A stretch of DNA of 64,000 bases. Source: Octopus vulgaris (taxonomy: Eukaryota). The position numbers and the translations under genes were made by a program. Where the stretch lies: assembly GCA_951406725.2 (NCBI GenBank), contig OX597815.1, forward strand, positions 69,192,001 to 69,256,000, in the 5' to 3' direction. Under the pieces are notes generated by a model, which made no database searches, had not been told where the DNA came from, and saw only the letters and a list, made by a program, of their open reading frames with translations. Below are positions 39,757-54,178 of this stretch, one piece after another; positions within the stretch are counted from its first letter, which is position 1; every line of letters starts with the position of its first letter.

Positions 39757-40609
39757 TATTGCTCACATATGCAATATATACAGTCACACATCATAACACA
39801 TACACAGCTATGTGTGTGTGTATGTATGACTATATGCGTGCATGTATATATGTGCAGTGTATACAACGAGGGGGTGTATATGAAGAAATGTAGAGTACAG
39901 GTGATTAAGCAACAAACTATGAACTGATGTATGAATGTGAAATAATGGAATCGCTGCACTTGTTGTTGTTGTTGTTGTTGTTGTTGTTCCATGGCTAGCA
40001 TTATTACTGCATTTGTTGTTGTGTTTTTTATTGGTTTGACCTAAATCCTTGCCAATCAAACTTCAAGAAAGCTGTCTGCATGTGAGTGGTGATGGTGACG
40101 ATTTTGTAATGGGGGCTGGTGAGGTTGGTGGAGGTGCTCAGCGATGACAACCAGCATGGCAGCATTAGTGGTGGTGGCGGTGGTGCTGGTAGCAGCGGCA
40201 GCGATGACGCCAGCAATGATGGTAGTGACAATAATGGTGATGGCGGTGGTGGTGGTGGTGGTGGTGGTTGCGAGGTGGATTTGAAGGAGGTTGCAGCAAG
40301 TTTAGAGACACCCTGAATCCATATAATGTTAATTGTTTGAGTGTGAGTGGAAGATGTAATGAGTGAGGACTCAACTAGAGGAGAGGTTGAAGAACATTAT
40401 GGAGTGACAAAAAAGAAAAAGGAAAAAATACAGTAAGAAATAGTGAGAGAAAAGGAAAAAGAGGTATAAAAGGAGGGGTGAAAGTGAGTAAATGGATGAA
40501 ACAAATAAAAAAGTACATAAAAAGAGAGAGAGAAAGAGAGAAAGGGACCAGTAGCCATTTCACAGAATAAATGTAAATTCTAATAACCAGAGAAAGTTCC
40601 TGATTGTTG

Positions 40610-41135
40610 CTCCTCATCCCATCCTCTCACCTCTGTCTCTTTCTGGTTTCTCTCTTTCATTTTCCCTCTCACTTCCTTTCTATCCCTCTTTCCCTTGAAC
40701 TCTCTTTCCCTCTCATCTTCCATCATTTCTTCCCCCCACCACTACTTCTCTCATTTCATCTCTCCTCACCTTGTTTTCCCTCTCCTCCTCCTGCATCCTC
40801 TTGTCTCTCCCACTCACTCCATCTCTCCCCGTCCTCTTGTCCTTTTCTTCCCCTCTCACACTGTCTGTTGTCTCTCTCTCTCCATCCTCTGCCCTTTCTT
40901 CCCTCCCCTTCCCTCGCTCCATCTCTCTCCTTTCCCTTGCTTCCCCCTCTTTCTCATACCATCTCTCACAATTCTTTTGGCTCTTTCTTTCTCCCCACTC
41001 TCACGCAGCATCTCTCACCATTCTCAGCTCTTTCTCCCCACCCCCCATACTCTCTCTCTCTCTCTCTCTCTCTCCCTCTTTCTCCCTCTCTTTCTCCCTC
41101 CCCTTCTCATTTCCCCATTTCTCTCCTTATCCTTC
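40610..41135. repeat. Long polypyrimidine (CT-rich) tract
   Basis: Direct observation. Confidence 0.9.
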
Positions 41136-41649
41136 TATATATTCAGAATACCATGTCCAAAAAAACAAATTAAATTAAAATATTCTCCAGAACCTATATT
41201 GCTTTGGTATTCAGAATTAATCATATCTATTTCCACAGTCTGTCTGTCTGTCTGTCTGTCTGTCTCATGATTGTCTTGTCAATGTATCGCCCTTAAAAGT
41301 CTCTTTGCCAATCCACCCTGTGAATGTGCTGATATACCTTACAATGTTTCTTTTTCAACATTTTAAATGTGTGAAAAATCCATTTACAGATTATAAACAG
41401 AACCAAAAATATTATCTGAAGACCCACAGGCATGTCCGTGTGGTTGAGAAGTTTGCTTTCCAAGCATATAGATTTGGATTCAGTCCCACTACACAGCACC
41501 TAGGATAGGTGTCTTCTGTAACAGCTCCAGGCCAACCAATACCTAATGAGTGGATTTGGTGGATGGAAACTGAAAGAAACCTGTTGCCCCTGAATGTATG
41601 TGCATATATATATATACATACATACGTACACACACACATATATATATAT

Positions 41650-42190
41650 CATCATCATCATCATCATCATCATTTAACGTCCGCTTTCCATGCTAGCATG
41701 GGTTGGACGGTTCAACTGGGGTCTGGGGAGCCCGAAAGCTGCACCAGTCCAGTCAGATCTGGCAGTGTTTCTACAGCTGGATGCCCTTCCTAACGCCAAC
41801 CACTCCGAGAGTGTAGTGGGTGATTTTATGTGCCACCGACACAGGTGCCAGACGAGGCTGGCAAACGGCCACGCTCGGATGGTGTTTTTTATGTGCCACC
41901 GACACAGGTGCCAGACGAGGCTGGCAGACGGCCACGCTCGGATGGTGTTTTTATGTGCCACCGACACAGGTGCCACAGATGAGGCTGGCAAACGGCCACG
42001 ATCGGATGGTGTTTGTTACGTGCCCACAGCACGGAGGCCAGTCAATGCGGTACTGGCTACGGCCACGTTCGGATGGTTTTCTTGCGTGCCACGTGCCACC
42101 GGCACTGGTACCACAAAGATACAAATTCCATTGATGTTCATCTATTTTGATTTGTTTTGGTTTTCACTTGCCTCAACAGGTCTTCACAAG
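41650..42190 (-). mobile_element. Young 5'-truncated RTE 3' UTR with internal tandem units of about 63 bp
   Basis: (CAT)n tail, similarity to the 3' UTR at about 61200-61745, and insertion just after a SINE A head (41428-41600). Confidence 0.9.
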
Positions 42191-42256
42191 TATATATATA
42201 TATAATAAAGGGTAAAATTAATTAATTAATAATTAATAATTTTACCAAATAGTTCA

Positions 42257-42292
<36 letters not shown>

Positions 42293-42294
<2 letters not shown>

Positions 42295-42720
42295 TTTATC
42301 TTTTACTTCTTTCAGTCATTAGGCAGTGGCCATGTTGGGGCACCGTCTTGAAGAAATTTTAGTCAAATGTATTGGCCCCCAGTACTTATTTTTTAAAGTC
42401 TGATACTTATTCTATTGATCTCTTTTGCTGAATACCACTAAGTTACGGGGACATAAACCCACCAGCACCAATTGTCAAGTGGTGTGGGGGTGGGGGATAA
42501 AACAAAGACACAAAGAATCATACACATAGATATGTATCTATATATATATACATCTATATGATGAACTTCTTTCAGTTTCCATCTACCAAATCCACTCACA
42601 AGACTTTGGTCGGCCTGAGGCTATAGTAGAAGACACTTGCTCAAGGTGCTGTGTAGTAGGATTGAATCTTAAGCCATGTGGTAGGGAAACAAGCTCCTTA
42701 CCACACAGCCACGCCTGTGC
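42293..42720 (-). mobile_element. SINE family A
   Basis: Reverse complement of family A. Confidence 0.85.
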
Positions 42721-42779
42721 CTATATATAAATGTATATGTTATCAAATAATAGACCTGTAATTATGTGGCGAATGTATG

Positions 42780-43460
42780 AAAAAAAGAGAGTCTTCCTAA
42801 TGTGGAGCCAACAGAGGGATCAGCTGCCAAACTGCTTAAAGTCTCTGGCAGAGTGGGATATTGCATAATCACTCATATAGCTAATCGGGTCATCCTGAAA
42901 GGAGTCATACCCAACAACTAGAGTAGCAACATCATAGACAATTGTGACAAAGGTAAAGAAGATGTCTTAGAAGGAACTAATAGCAAAGATATCAAATTGC
43001 TGGACCAGAAAGGGTCATAGCCCAATTAAATAGAGAGTTAACCTAGATGAGATGGAATTTTTTGTGCCAGGGAGAAGCACTGCTGATGCTATCTTCCTAG
43101 GGCCTTAGAGTTAATTTAGCAAAGACCAAAGTACAAATAAACAGAAAAGCAGAAAAATGACTAATCCCTTCAGAGAAATATCCCTGCTCAATATGTAGCA
43201 AAGGTGTAGGTAGAAATTCCACAGTGTACCCAGTTGAGGTAGGTGTCTTGTCTTGCTAATTATTTGGTGACCTCACTGCTGTTGGTGCCACATAAAAAGC
43301 ACCCAGTACACTCTGTAAAGTGGTTGGCATTAGGAAGGGTATCCAGCTGTAGAAACTATGTTAAAGCAGACACTAGAGTCTGGCATAGTCTTATGACTTG
43401 CCAGTTCCTATCAAACCATCCAATCCATACCAGCATAGAAGGAGGATATTAAATGATGGT
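42780..43460 (+). mobile_element. Highly deleted RTE fragments plus 3' tail
   Basis: gaaggagtcataccc, atcaaattgctggaccag, gggagaagcactgctgatgc, ttagagttaatttagcaaagacc, followed by the tail. Confidence 0.75.
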
Positions 43461-43474
43461 TATTAAATTTAGCA

Positions 43475-43865
43475 AGGCATATGGGTAGCTGTGTGATTAA
43501 GAAACTGGCGTTGCAACTATATGGTTTCAGGTTCAGTCTCACTGCACAGCACCTTGGGCAAGCATTCTTTTATTGCCCCAGACCAACCAATACTTTGTAA
43601 ATGAATTTGGTAGATAGAAACTGTGTGGAAGCCCATCATATAAACGTGTGAGTGTGTGTGTGCATGTGTGTTTGTGTATCTATATTTACCCACACCCACC
43701 TCTGCTTGACAATCAGTGTTAGTTTGTTTGTGTCCTCATAACTTAGTTGTTCAATAACAGAGACCAGTAGAATAAATATCAGACTTTAAAAAGTAAATAT
43801 TGGGGTCAATTTGTTCAATTAAACCCTTCAAGGCAGTACCCCAGTATGGCCACAGTCCAATGTTC
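43475..43865 (+). mobile_element. SINE family A (older)
   Basis: Similar to 12388-12812. Confidence 0.8.
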
Positions 43866-45496
43866 TGTCATCATCATGATTACCATTATCATTGTCAGCA
43901 TTAAGGCAATGAGCTGGCTGAATTGCTAGCACACTGGGCAAAATACTTAGCAGCATTTTGTCCATCTTTATGTTCAGAGTTGACTTTGCTTTTCATCCCT
44001 TCGAGCACTTGTGCTGATGTTGAGTGCTTGGATTGATGTTGAGCGCTTTGGTTGATCAGTTGAGCACTTGGGTTGATGTAATTAACTTATCCCTTCCCCA
44101 GAATTGCTGGCCTTGTGCCAAAATTTGAAACCATTATCATTGTCAGCACAAGCATCTACAATATTAACCAAACTAGTTAACGAAAGCATCTCAAAGTGAT
44201 CCCTTGACCTGCTAGAAACAGCAACTAAAACCACTCTCCAATTACAGCCTACTATCTTGAAATAAAACAAAAGGAAACTATTAATTAGAAAAAAATTCTG
44301 GACATTATACATGAAAAAAAAAAGGGTATAGTCATGGTTGGAACACTTTTGACTATTGGACTGTTGAACTGGAACTGACTTGAGACTGAACAGCAAGAAA
44401 TCAACTTCATTGCTACTCACCACTACTTTCTGAAAGAATCAATCTGTTGTTCTAAGGTATTTTTCTTCTACTGCCAAATAGATATCAGTACCAATTTAAA
44501 TAAATAAATAAACAGAAACGTTTTTAGTTTTCCTTTTTTATTATTACTGTCTAAATATAAGGTAGTGAGTTGGCAAAATCATTTGCACACTGGATAAAAT
44601 GCTTCATGGTATTTCATCCATCTTTATGTTCTGAGTTCAAATCCTGCCAAAGTCAACTTTGCCTTTCATCTCTTTCAGGGCTGAAAAAAAATGTACCAGT
44701 TGAGAACTGGAGTCAATGTAATTAACTAGACCCTGCCACAAAAATTTCAGGCCTTGTGCTTATGATAGGATTATTATTGACTAAATTATCCAAAACAACT
44801 ACCATACTTCACACCCTGTTTTCCAGAATGTATTCTAATCAGCTATATTTCCAATATAGGCACAGGGCTCCAAAGTTTTGGTGGGAGAGAGAAGTATAGT
44901 TAATTATATCAATCCCAGGAGTTGATGGGTACATTATTTGGAAGGATGAAAGGCAAAGTCACATGATTTGAACTGAGAATGTATAGCATAGTAAGTAAAT
45001 ACTGCAAAGCATTTTGTCAGAAGTATTAATGGTTCTGCCAATATTCATAGCATTAAGTAATTAGAAACCGTTTCTTTTGGATAAAGGAACAGGGCATCAC
45101 AGACAAGGCATCACAGACAAGGCATCACAGACTGTTGTTCTTTAGCCCCAAATTAACTCTAATCAAGTTGATCTTGGATTAAATGTATTCCAGCTGTTAG
45201 CACCCTCTTTTAGGGTTGTATGGAGCTACATTAACTAAAGTGTTCTTTTGTTACTTAAGATAGTAGGCTATGATTTAACCCTCTAGCATTGAAACTGACC
45301 ATATCTGGCCCAAATATTCTACCTATTTTATGTTCAAATTGGCCATATGTGGCCTTCACACCTAATCTATAATGTCAATCTAGAAATAAACAATCACATC
45401 ACTGAAATCTCAAAGCTACAAGATAATGAATGATTAAGTCAAAACAACATGGATAAAAAAGCATGCTGCTATTTCTATTAAGTTTAACAACCATAT

Positions 45497-45535
<39 letters not shown>

Positions 45536-48058
45536 GTTCCTCTCCTTCTCTCTTTGGTTGGTCAAAGGACATAACTCTCTTTGCAATTACTTCATGCCTT
45601 CAGTGTTAGCCCAGTGCTACAAAATAATGAACATCTGTTGATTGCTTACTTCTAGACTGAACAATGAAGGAAATTCTTTGTAATCACTTAACTAGCTAGA
45701 AATACCAGCCAAATCTTCCTCATATCACATACTACCTCTTTATAGCACAAAAGAGGTAGACAATACAGTTCTATATATACACTAAGAATATATAATTTAA
45801 AAGCTGACCAGAGTAGATAGATTAAGCTATAAGTAAGACATTACAATACTTTTCAGGACTCCAGCTACTATTTTATTTTTTTACAAACCAGGGCAATGTT
45901 CTTATTTAAAATTCTGAAATAATTCTTTTCTGGGATATTATGAAGCTGTAAATAATAGCATATAAATACTGGGTTGTAAAACCATTTTGGATAGAAAATG
46001 TTGAAAGCAGCTCACAGGACATTTTCTGTTCAAAAGGATTTATCAACTACATATTTAGATGCTATTATTTATAGCTTTATGTGTGAGCTTGAAGGTATTC
46101 CAAAAATGAATTATTTCATGTTCTCTCAAAAGTTTTTAAAAATTTTGATTTTCAAAAAGTAAGAATACTTTTGAATATCATATTGAATTATCAACAAAGT
46201 AATTTAGAACTAATTTGCTGGCAATCTTTATATGTTTTATCTTTTACTTGTTTCATTAGACTGCAGCCATGCTGGGGCACTGCCTTGAAGAATATTTTTA
46301 GTCAAATGAACTAACCCAGTACTTTTTTTTTAAGTCTGGCACTTATTCTATCAATCATTTTTAGCTGAACCCTAAGTTACAGGGATGTAAACACACCAAT
46401 ACCTTAACCTATTTCCAAGCAAGTACTTTCTCATGGCTTGACATATTTCCTCAGAAGACTGCAAACGATGGATACTGCTTGTATAACATTAACAATTATT
46501 TTGAACTATCATTCAAAGTTAAAACAAGGAGACACAAGCACACAAATACAGTAGGCTTCCTTCAGTTTCTGTCAACCAAATCTACTCACACAGCTTTGGT
46601 TGGCTCGAGAAGAAACATGCTGAAAGTACTACACAGTGGGACTGAACCTGAAACCCTGTGATCGGGAAGTGAACTTCCAAAACACACAGCCATGAATGTG
46701 CCCATATTACCTCTGTGTGTGTGTGTTAGCATTTGTATGTATGTCTATATCTGTCTATATTTGTATATATATCTATATTGTATATATATCTCTATTTGTA
46801 TGTATGTCTATATGTATGTCTATATCTGTCATTATATCTGTTTGAAACAAGGCTGTTTGTGTTTCTTAATAGCAATGTAAATATAAATCCTAAGTTTTAA
46901 ATAACTGACTGAAACTAGTGTAGTTGAGCTAACTTCTTAAGCTAACTTCTTAACCACACAGCCATGCTGTAAAGCAATGTCTTAGTATCCAACCAATGCC
47001 AGCATGGAAAATGGATGTTAGCCTTTCAGCATTTAAACTGGTGATATCTAGCCCAAATATCCTACCTGCTTTATGTTCAAACTGGCCATATTCAGCCTCT
47101 CACACCTACCCTACAATGCTGTACTAAATGTAAACAAGCACATCATCAAAATTTCAATGCAAAAAGATAATGCATGAGTAATTCTAAACAGAGTAAATAA
47201 ATAAGCATTGTATTAGACAGAGTAATGTGAATGCTAAAAGGGTTGAACAAACAAATGAATGCCTCAACATACATTCAAGGTGTAAAAATAACTGTGATAA
47301 ACTGAGGATGGAACAATATCAGTGATACAACCCCACCATTTCCCCAATTCTTTATTTGTAAACACAAAGCAATAGAGATCAATATTTATTAGCCAAGACG
47401 ATGAATATTTACAAGGAAGCTTTGTTTTCTTTTTTTTTTTACTATCTGATACTCTCACCTCCACCATCTCCGACAACATCCTGAAACAAAATTACCACTT
47501 GCAGGACCAGTAGGAGGCCAATAACTCACTTAGCTCAGGTGCCAAACTTTAAGAGAGGTACCAAAATATTAATTTCTTACATTGGAACAAGGCCACCAAG
47601 CAGTAACCAAATAATGGTTTCATTTAATAGCCTATGAGAAGAGAAACTTTATTTTCAATGCCAAAATGATTTGTAGATAAATTAATAATTAAAATTACAC
47701 AGGCCTCCTGAGTCGCTGCAACATCTTAGATGACCTTGGTTCTTTATCTCAGTCTTTGTCCTTCAAATACTACAGCTTGATCATATGTAAAGCCTATACT
47801 CTGTGATATCACAGAATATCAGATTAACATATTAGTTATTCTATTATTCTATGGTATTATGAAAGAGACATCATCATCATTTTAATGTTTAAAGATATTT
47901 GTATGGCTCATCTGTTTCCAAGCAAGGTAATTATTATTTTCCTATGATCAGATAGGTTTTCATAATGGATGACATTACTTGTATGACAGTGACACTCATT
48001 TACAACTTTCATACAATGTCAAGACATGGAGACACAAACATTCACACACACAGATACA

Positions 48059-48154
<96 letters not shown>

Positions 48155-48603
48155 TATGTTTTTATTTAATATCTGGTTTCCATGAGTTGGGCAGTTAGAC
48201 AGGAACTGGCAAATCAGAAGACTGCATCAAGCTCTGTCGTCTGCTTTGGCATGGTTTCTATGGCTAGAAGCCCTTCCTAATGGCAAACACTTTACAGAGA
48301 GTACTGGGTGCTCTTTACATGGCAATAATAGCTGTAAGGTCACCAAATAACTTGCAAGACCCCTCATTTGAGGAGAAAATAGTATTGACAACTTCCTTTC
48401 AGTTTCTGTCAATCAAATCCAAACACAAGGTTTTGATTGGCCCAGGGATATTGTAGAAGACACTTATCCAAGGTGTCACATGACTTAACCTGAAATCATG
48501 TAATTGAGAAGAAAACTTCTTTACCATGCCACCATACCTGTGTCTATAGATTAACATACTACTTGTTCTGCCATTCAGTAACATTACAGAATATATTAGA
48601 TTC

Positions 48604-48827
48604 ACCCTTTTGATACCATCCAACCTAAGACCCCCACTCTGGTTCTCTTATACAAACTTTCTGTTTAAAATGATCTAAATTAAAATATTCCATGAAAATT
48701 TCATGGTAATTTATGTTCCAAACACCAGCTTAATATTAACAATGTTATATTCCTGAATTCTTTATTATTTTCAAAATTAACAGAAATGAAGGCATTATAT
48801 TTCAATAGAAATATGATAACAAAAGGA
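48604..48827. mobile_element. Probable piggyBac-type MITE (second family)
   Basis: ttca|CCCTTTTGATACCAT...ATGATAACAAAAGGA|ttaa gives imperfect TIRs. Confidence 0.5.
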
Positions 48828-49954
48828 TTAACTTATTACTTATTCCACTATTCTCTCATTATCACCGAATAACAGATTAACAAAATACCTATTCTGCTTT
48901 TCTGTTTTCTCATAGAATATAACTCCAGCTTAGCTCAGATCAAGCAGGTCTATAATCAAATCCATCCCAACTCTTTTTCAAGACATTTTTGAAGGTGTAC
49001 TTAAAAAAAAAGTTGGGAAAATTTGGCTACCATTTCTAGTAGATCCAATGAATCTATAGTGTTGTATTATATGAGAAATTAAATCAGATTTATTCTTGAT
49101 GTAAAAATTAGGTTAATAGCTTGTACTGTGTGTAATTAGTGGGAATAATTTAGATGGTTTTCAAGAAAATAAACCACAGAGATGCTATATGCAATCATAA
49201 CTGCATTATTTGTTGATTTGTAAAAGTAGGTGAACATTGGTAGTTTGAATCTATTCAGGTGGGGACTTGTGGGGTTCAATTTCTGGGCAAACAATTTGTT
49301 TTTAAATCCAACAGTTCTTCCTCTTTTCCTGAGGAGGAGAGGGGAGAAGAGGAAAAGGACGAGGATAGGATGAGGATAGGAGTGGGTGACGACATTATTT
49401 GGATTTCAAAAAAAAAATTGTCTCTGCGATCTGCCCATCGAATTTTGAGAGGATATGCCCCTTCTGGGTTCCCAAAGCAATTTTGCTCCACCTAGCCAAA
49501 TTTCTCTTAGAGATCCTGAAGCCCACCTAAATCAACACAAAATATTAGTTTCCAATTTTGGCACAAGGCCAGCAAGTTCAGGGGAGGGATTAAGTTGATT
49601 TCATTGACCCCTGTGCTCAACTTGTATGTATTTTATCAACCCTAAAAGGCCTCAGCAGAACTTGAATTCAGAATGTAAAGACAGACAAAATGCCACTAAG
49701 CATTTTGCCCAGCATACTAATGATTCTGCCAGCTCACAGCCCTAATAAACACAGAATATTAATGTCAACTAAGTTTAACAAATAGAAAGACTTTGTGGTT
49801 AGACAAAAGTAAATTTCAGAGTCCCCTTCCCTCAACTAAAACTTAAAACTGCTTAAAACTGAAACAAGTAACAATCTATCACTACTCCCACAAATTACAA
49901 TAATTTATTTACTCCCATCTTTGTCACAAGTGTTACCCTTCAAACAGTTTAAAC

Positions 49955-50291
49955 CAGGGGTTCTCACCCATTTTTATTTACGGACTCCTTTGATTATTTT
50001 GTTCTGGTGGACCTCCATAGCCATTCGATGTTTAAAAACTAGTTTTATAGAAACTTCTTTCAAAACTCCTTTCTTTTTCACACATTAACTTGTGTAGGTT
50101 GAACTATGTAAAACGTCAGAGAAAGAAACTTTGCTGTTTCTTGCAATACATATATCTAAAGCCAAAATTTTGTTCAGGGACTCTTAAAATACTATTGTGG
50201 ATCTCCAATTTACTATTTTGTTACATGGACCCTGCCCCCAAATCTTACATGGACCCTCAGGGGCCATATGGATCCCAGCTGAGAACCACTG
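49955..50291. mobile_element. hAT (Charlie-type) MITE
   Basis: TIRs CAGGGGTTCTCA and TGAGAACCACTG. The 8 bp flanks GTTTAAAC and ATTTAAAC match at 7 of 8 positions as a TSD. Confidence 0.85.
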
Positions 50292-51159
50292 ATTTAAACA
50301 GAACATCAATGGCATTAAATGACTATTCTATGTGGGTCTGCAAAGATCATGGACAATGCCTCTTTCTTGTAGACACAATTATAAAAAGAAAAAATACCTG
50401 TTATGTCCTTTGTTTAGCCAATATTTCACTGCAAGGATACATGCTTGTCTTTCTTTAGTCAGCCTTTGTGTTACTATTTTGGAACTTAAGTTTGGTCAAC
50501 AAATAAATGTTCTTTGATGTCAGTGTTTATTGCATTCTCCAATATGCTAATTCTTCTATTATACATACACCATATTGTGTTTCAAGTATTTTTTCTTTTG
50601 GTTTGCAATTGGTAGATTTGGCAAAATTTTAAGCATAGTGACAAAAGTATTTAACTTGTCCCTTCAGTACATTATATCAGAATAAAGATAGGATGATCAT
50701 GACAGGCAAGTCTTTGCTCCTAAATCTACTCAAAGCAAGAATGTCCTGGGCTATATAACATAACATTAACAACAAAGATAACGATAAAGGGAATAGGAAA
50801 CATTTTAAAATTCTGGCAAGTGCTTTGTTTAATTTCTTTCTTTCAGGTTAGATCTATTTTTAGCTCAGTTTCGTTATTTCATATTTGCAGGCAAGAACCA
50901 AAAAATAGTTAAATAAAAAACAGAACAATAAAATACACCATTCTATTACAACTGCGATGTGTTTTTAGCAGATCCTCTCCCTCTGTTACATCAAACATTT
51001 CTTGCCAAAATACATGTAAATATGCCAGACATGCAACATCACTCATTAATTCTTTTCCAATATGGCTGGCCTGTCTCCTCTTTGTTTGTCCCTCTTCCTC
51101 TGTGTGGGTATACACACATATGTACTCATGCATGTGAGCACACACATACATACACACAC

Positions 51160-51213
<54 letters not shown>

Positions 51214-54178
51214 CACATATACATATACATAAATACACACACACACACAAAATTTATATTTATATACATATTCATATACAAAAGCATTTAGTTATATATG
51301 TTTTGGCTCTTTGATATCAAATCTCCTGTGGTTAGCTTTGCCTCATAGAAGTCAATAAAACAGGGATTGACTTTACTTGAACGAAAATAGCTAAAATTGT
51401 AATTATTATTATTATTATTATTATGAGTTCTTCTTTCGGTTTAATTCCATTTCTTTATGGGTGTCTTCCTGGCAGCTAGGGCAAAGAAACTCACTGTATA
51501 TATTGATAGGCCATTAAAATAAATGCAACAGATTGTTTGTTTACAAAGTTAAGTTATGTGGAAGAAAAAAAAAAGGGAAAACAAAAACAGTTTTGGAGGT
51601 TTCCTTTGTCGTATCCAGTGTTTCAATATTAATGGCAGCCTGGGCAAAACAAACTTCTTGTATTGATGGTGATATTTCTGTGGTTGTGCATCATTGTTGT
51701 TGCTATGAAATGTTGCACAATGTCCGAAACAATTTTTTTTGTCTGAAAATGCAAAATGTTCTAGTTTTGACAAGAGAGAACTTTGGCAGTTGAGGCCTGT
51801 TAGTATTTTGTTTGGCAATGGCAGAAATATTAGGTTTATTCTTGCATGAGGAGACACTGCCTCTCTTATTTAGCGCCATTAAGAATAAACTCAAACAAAA
51901 ACTAAAAAGAATTTTTTTCTTAGTAAATAAAATGAAATAAAACAAAAACTTGTCTTACGAAGATTTTCTTTATTACAAAACAAATCAAAATTTGTGTAAC
52001 AAAAGATCATTCTGGAAAAACCTGTATTCCAAATATGAACAACACAAATGAAAGGAAACATTTGTTAAAGCTGACTAGAACAATAGTTTCTAATTTTGAC
52101 ACAGGGCTAGCAATTTTAGAGGGGAAAGAATTAGTCAATACCATTGATCTCATGACTTGACTGGTACTTTATTTTATCAACACTGAAAGGATGAAAAATA
52201 AAATAGATCTAGGTGGAATTTGAACTCAAAACATAAAGAACCAGAAAAATTGAGGCTTAGCAGTGTGTCTGACACATTGTGACAGGAATTATAGCATTTA
52301 AGTAAATCCCTTTGCCTTCTTGGTCAAACAGACTTTACCTTTTATCTACCTGGGATCAAGGGAGTACCAATAATATGCAAAGGGAAAAAATTCTACTATT
52401 ACTTCTGTCTCCAAACTCTGGTTGGTGGACTTTTGGAATAGCTATTACTACATCATGGAAAAGGGAAAGGGGCAAGCAATTGGGTGGTTGTTCATTTAAT
52501 TTTTAGTATTTCTGTGTTTCAGGAAACAGAAATTATGATTGTGAAAGATTTTTTGTCCAAACAATTGCTTATTTTTACTATTATACACCCAACTTGGGAG
52601 AACAGGTGTAATAGTAAAAATTTACCTGTGAAGGTCAACAGTATAACTATCTCTGCCACCAATTTTGTGGCCTTGTGTTCATGTTAAATTTCATTAAATT
52701 GTGTAAGAGATGGTAAAAGACAGAAATGGTATTTAGTTACATTTTCTAAATTAATGCTGATGTGTTCTTAGAACCTTATGGTTTCCATTAAATAAGTACC
52801 TTTATATTATTGCTGAGAGAGCAATTCAATTTATTATACCCCTCAAATATATTTGTGTATAAACTTATAACTGTAACAAACCAAAATTATACATTTATTG
52901 CAATAAAGAACACAGAAATCAGTTTGAGAGTTTTGATAAATAAATATTTATTCTTACTGTAAACCAAAAAATGCTGTCATTACTACAAACAAAACTATGA
53001 GATAGTTCGGAGGTTACTGGAGTAGTAGCAGTAGCTATCAAAATGCTAGCCGGTTATTCTGGGTTGCTGCTGCTGTCTGTCCATTGTTTCTGTGTTGTCA
53101 CAGAGCTCTGGTCAACTGCTGTTTTTTCTGTGTCTGGTTTGATGTCTCCTGTCCTTCATTTGTTGTGTGTGGCTAAAGTGCACTGAATATGTAGTGGTGG
53201 CTTGACTCAGAAAGAAACATGTCAAAGATGAAATTGTAGGTGGAGCTGATTCCATGTGAAGTCAAAACAAAATATTTTGCACTGAGTACATTGATGAGAG
53301 ATGACACAGCTCCTGTACAGAAGAGTATTAATGTGTACCTGTTAAGATGGTAGAGCTGGCAGAATCATCAGAACACCAGACAAAAATAAATTTTGGAATT
53401 TCTTCTGACTCCTTTTATTTTCTGAATTCAGTTACTGCCAAAGTCAACTTTACCTTTCATCCCTGTGAGGTTGATAAAATAAAGTACTAGTCAAGTACTG
53501 AAGTTGATTTAATCAACTTAGACCCTCTCTTCCAAATTGTTGGCCTTGTGCCTAAATTGGATATAATTAATTTGCATTTGTTAAATACAATTTTGTGGTT
53601 TAGCTTTCACTATTTATTTTATATCTGAAAGTATTGTCGTACATTAAAAAAATTTACAAGTCTATGAAGTAGACAGGTAGACATATAAAGATGGTGTCTG
53701 AGATGACATTCGTGAAAGAAAAAAAATTGTATGATGAATATCATAGTTCATCATTGTATGTTATTAATATATTTATTTATTTATATTTTACTGAATTAGA
53801 AATGGAAGTTACAAAAGAAAGAAAGAAAAATTGAAGTTGACAAAAATTCAGTCTGAGACATATACACTTGGCGAACTTTTGATTTTACAATTTTTCTAGC
53901 TTTATATTATTTCACATTGATGTTATAATGAAGTGACGTTTAGTGGGAAACTGTCTATACTGGGTTAGTTTTTGTATAATAAGTGTGTGTGTGTGACTGT
54001 GTGGTAAGAAGCTTGCTTACCAACCACATGGTTCTGGGTTCAGTCCCACTGCATGGCACCTTGGGCAAGTGTCTTCTACTATAGCCATGGGCCAAGCACA
54101 GCCATGTGAGTGAATTTGGTAGGTGGAAACTGAAAGAAGCCTGTCATATTTATATATATATATATATGTATAAATGTA

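Noticed and set aside
49259-49495. Overlapping 78 aa and 71 aa ORFs on both strands
   Set aside because: No recognisable domain. The openness is partly due to a GA-rich low-complexity core.
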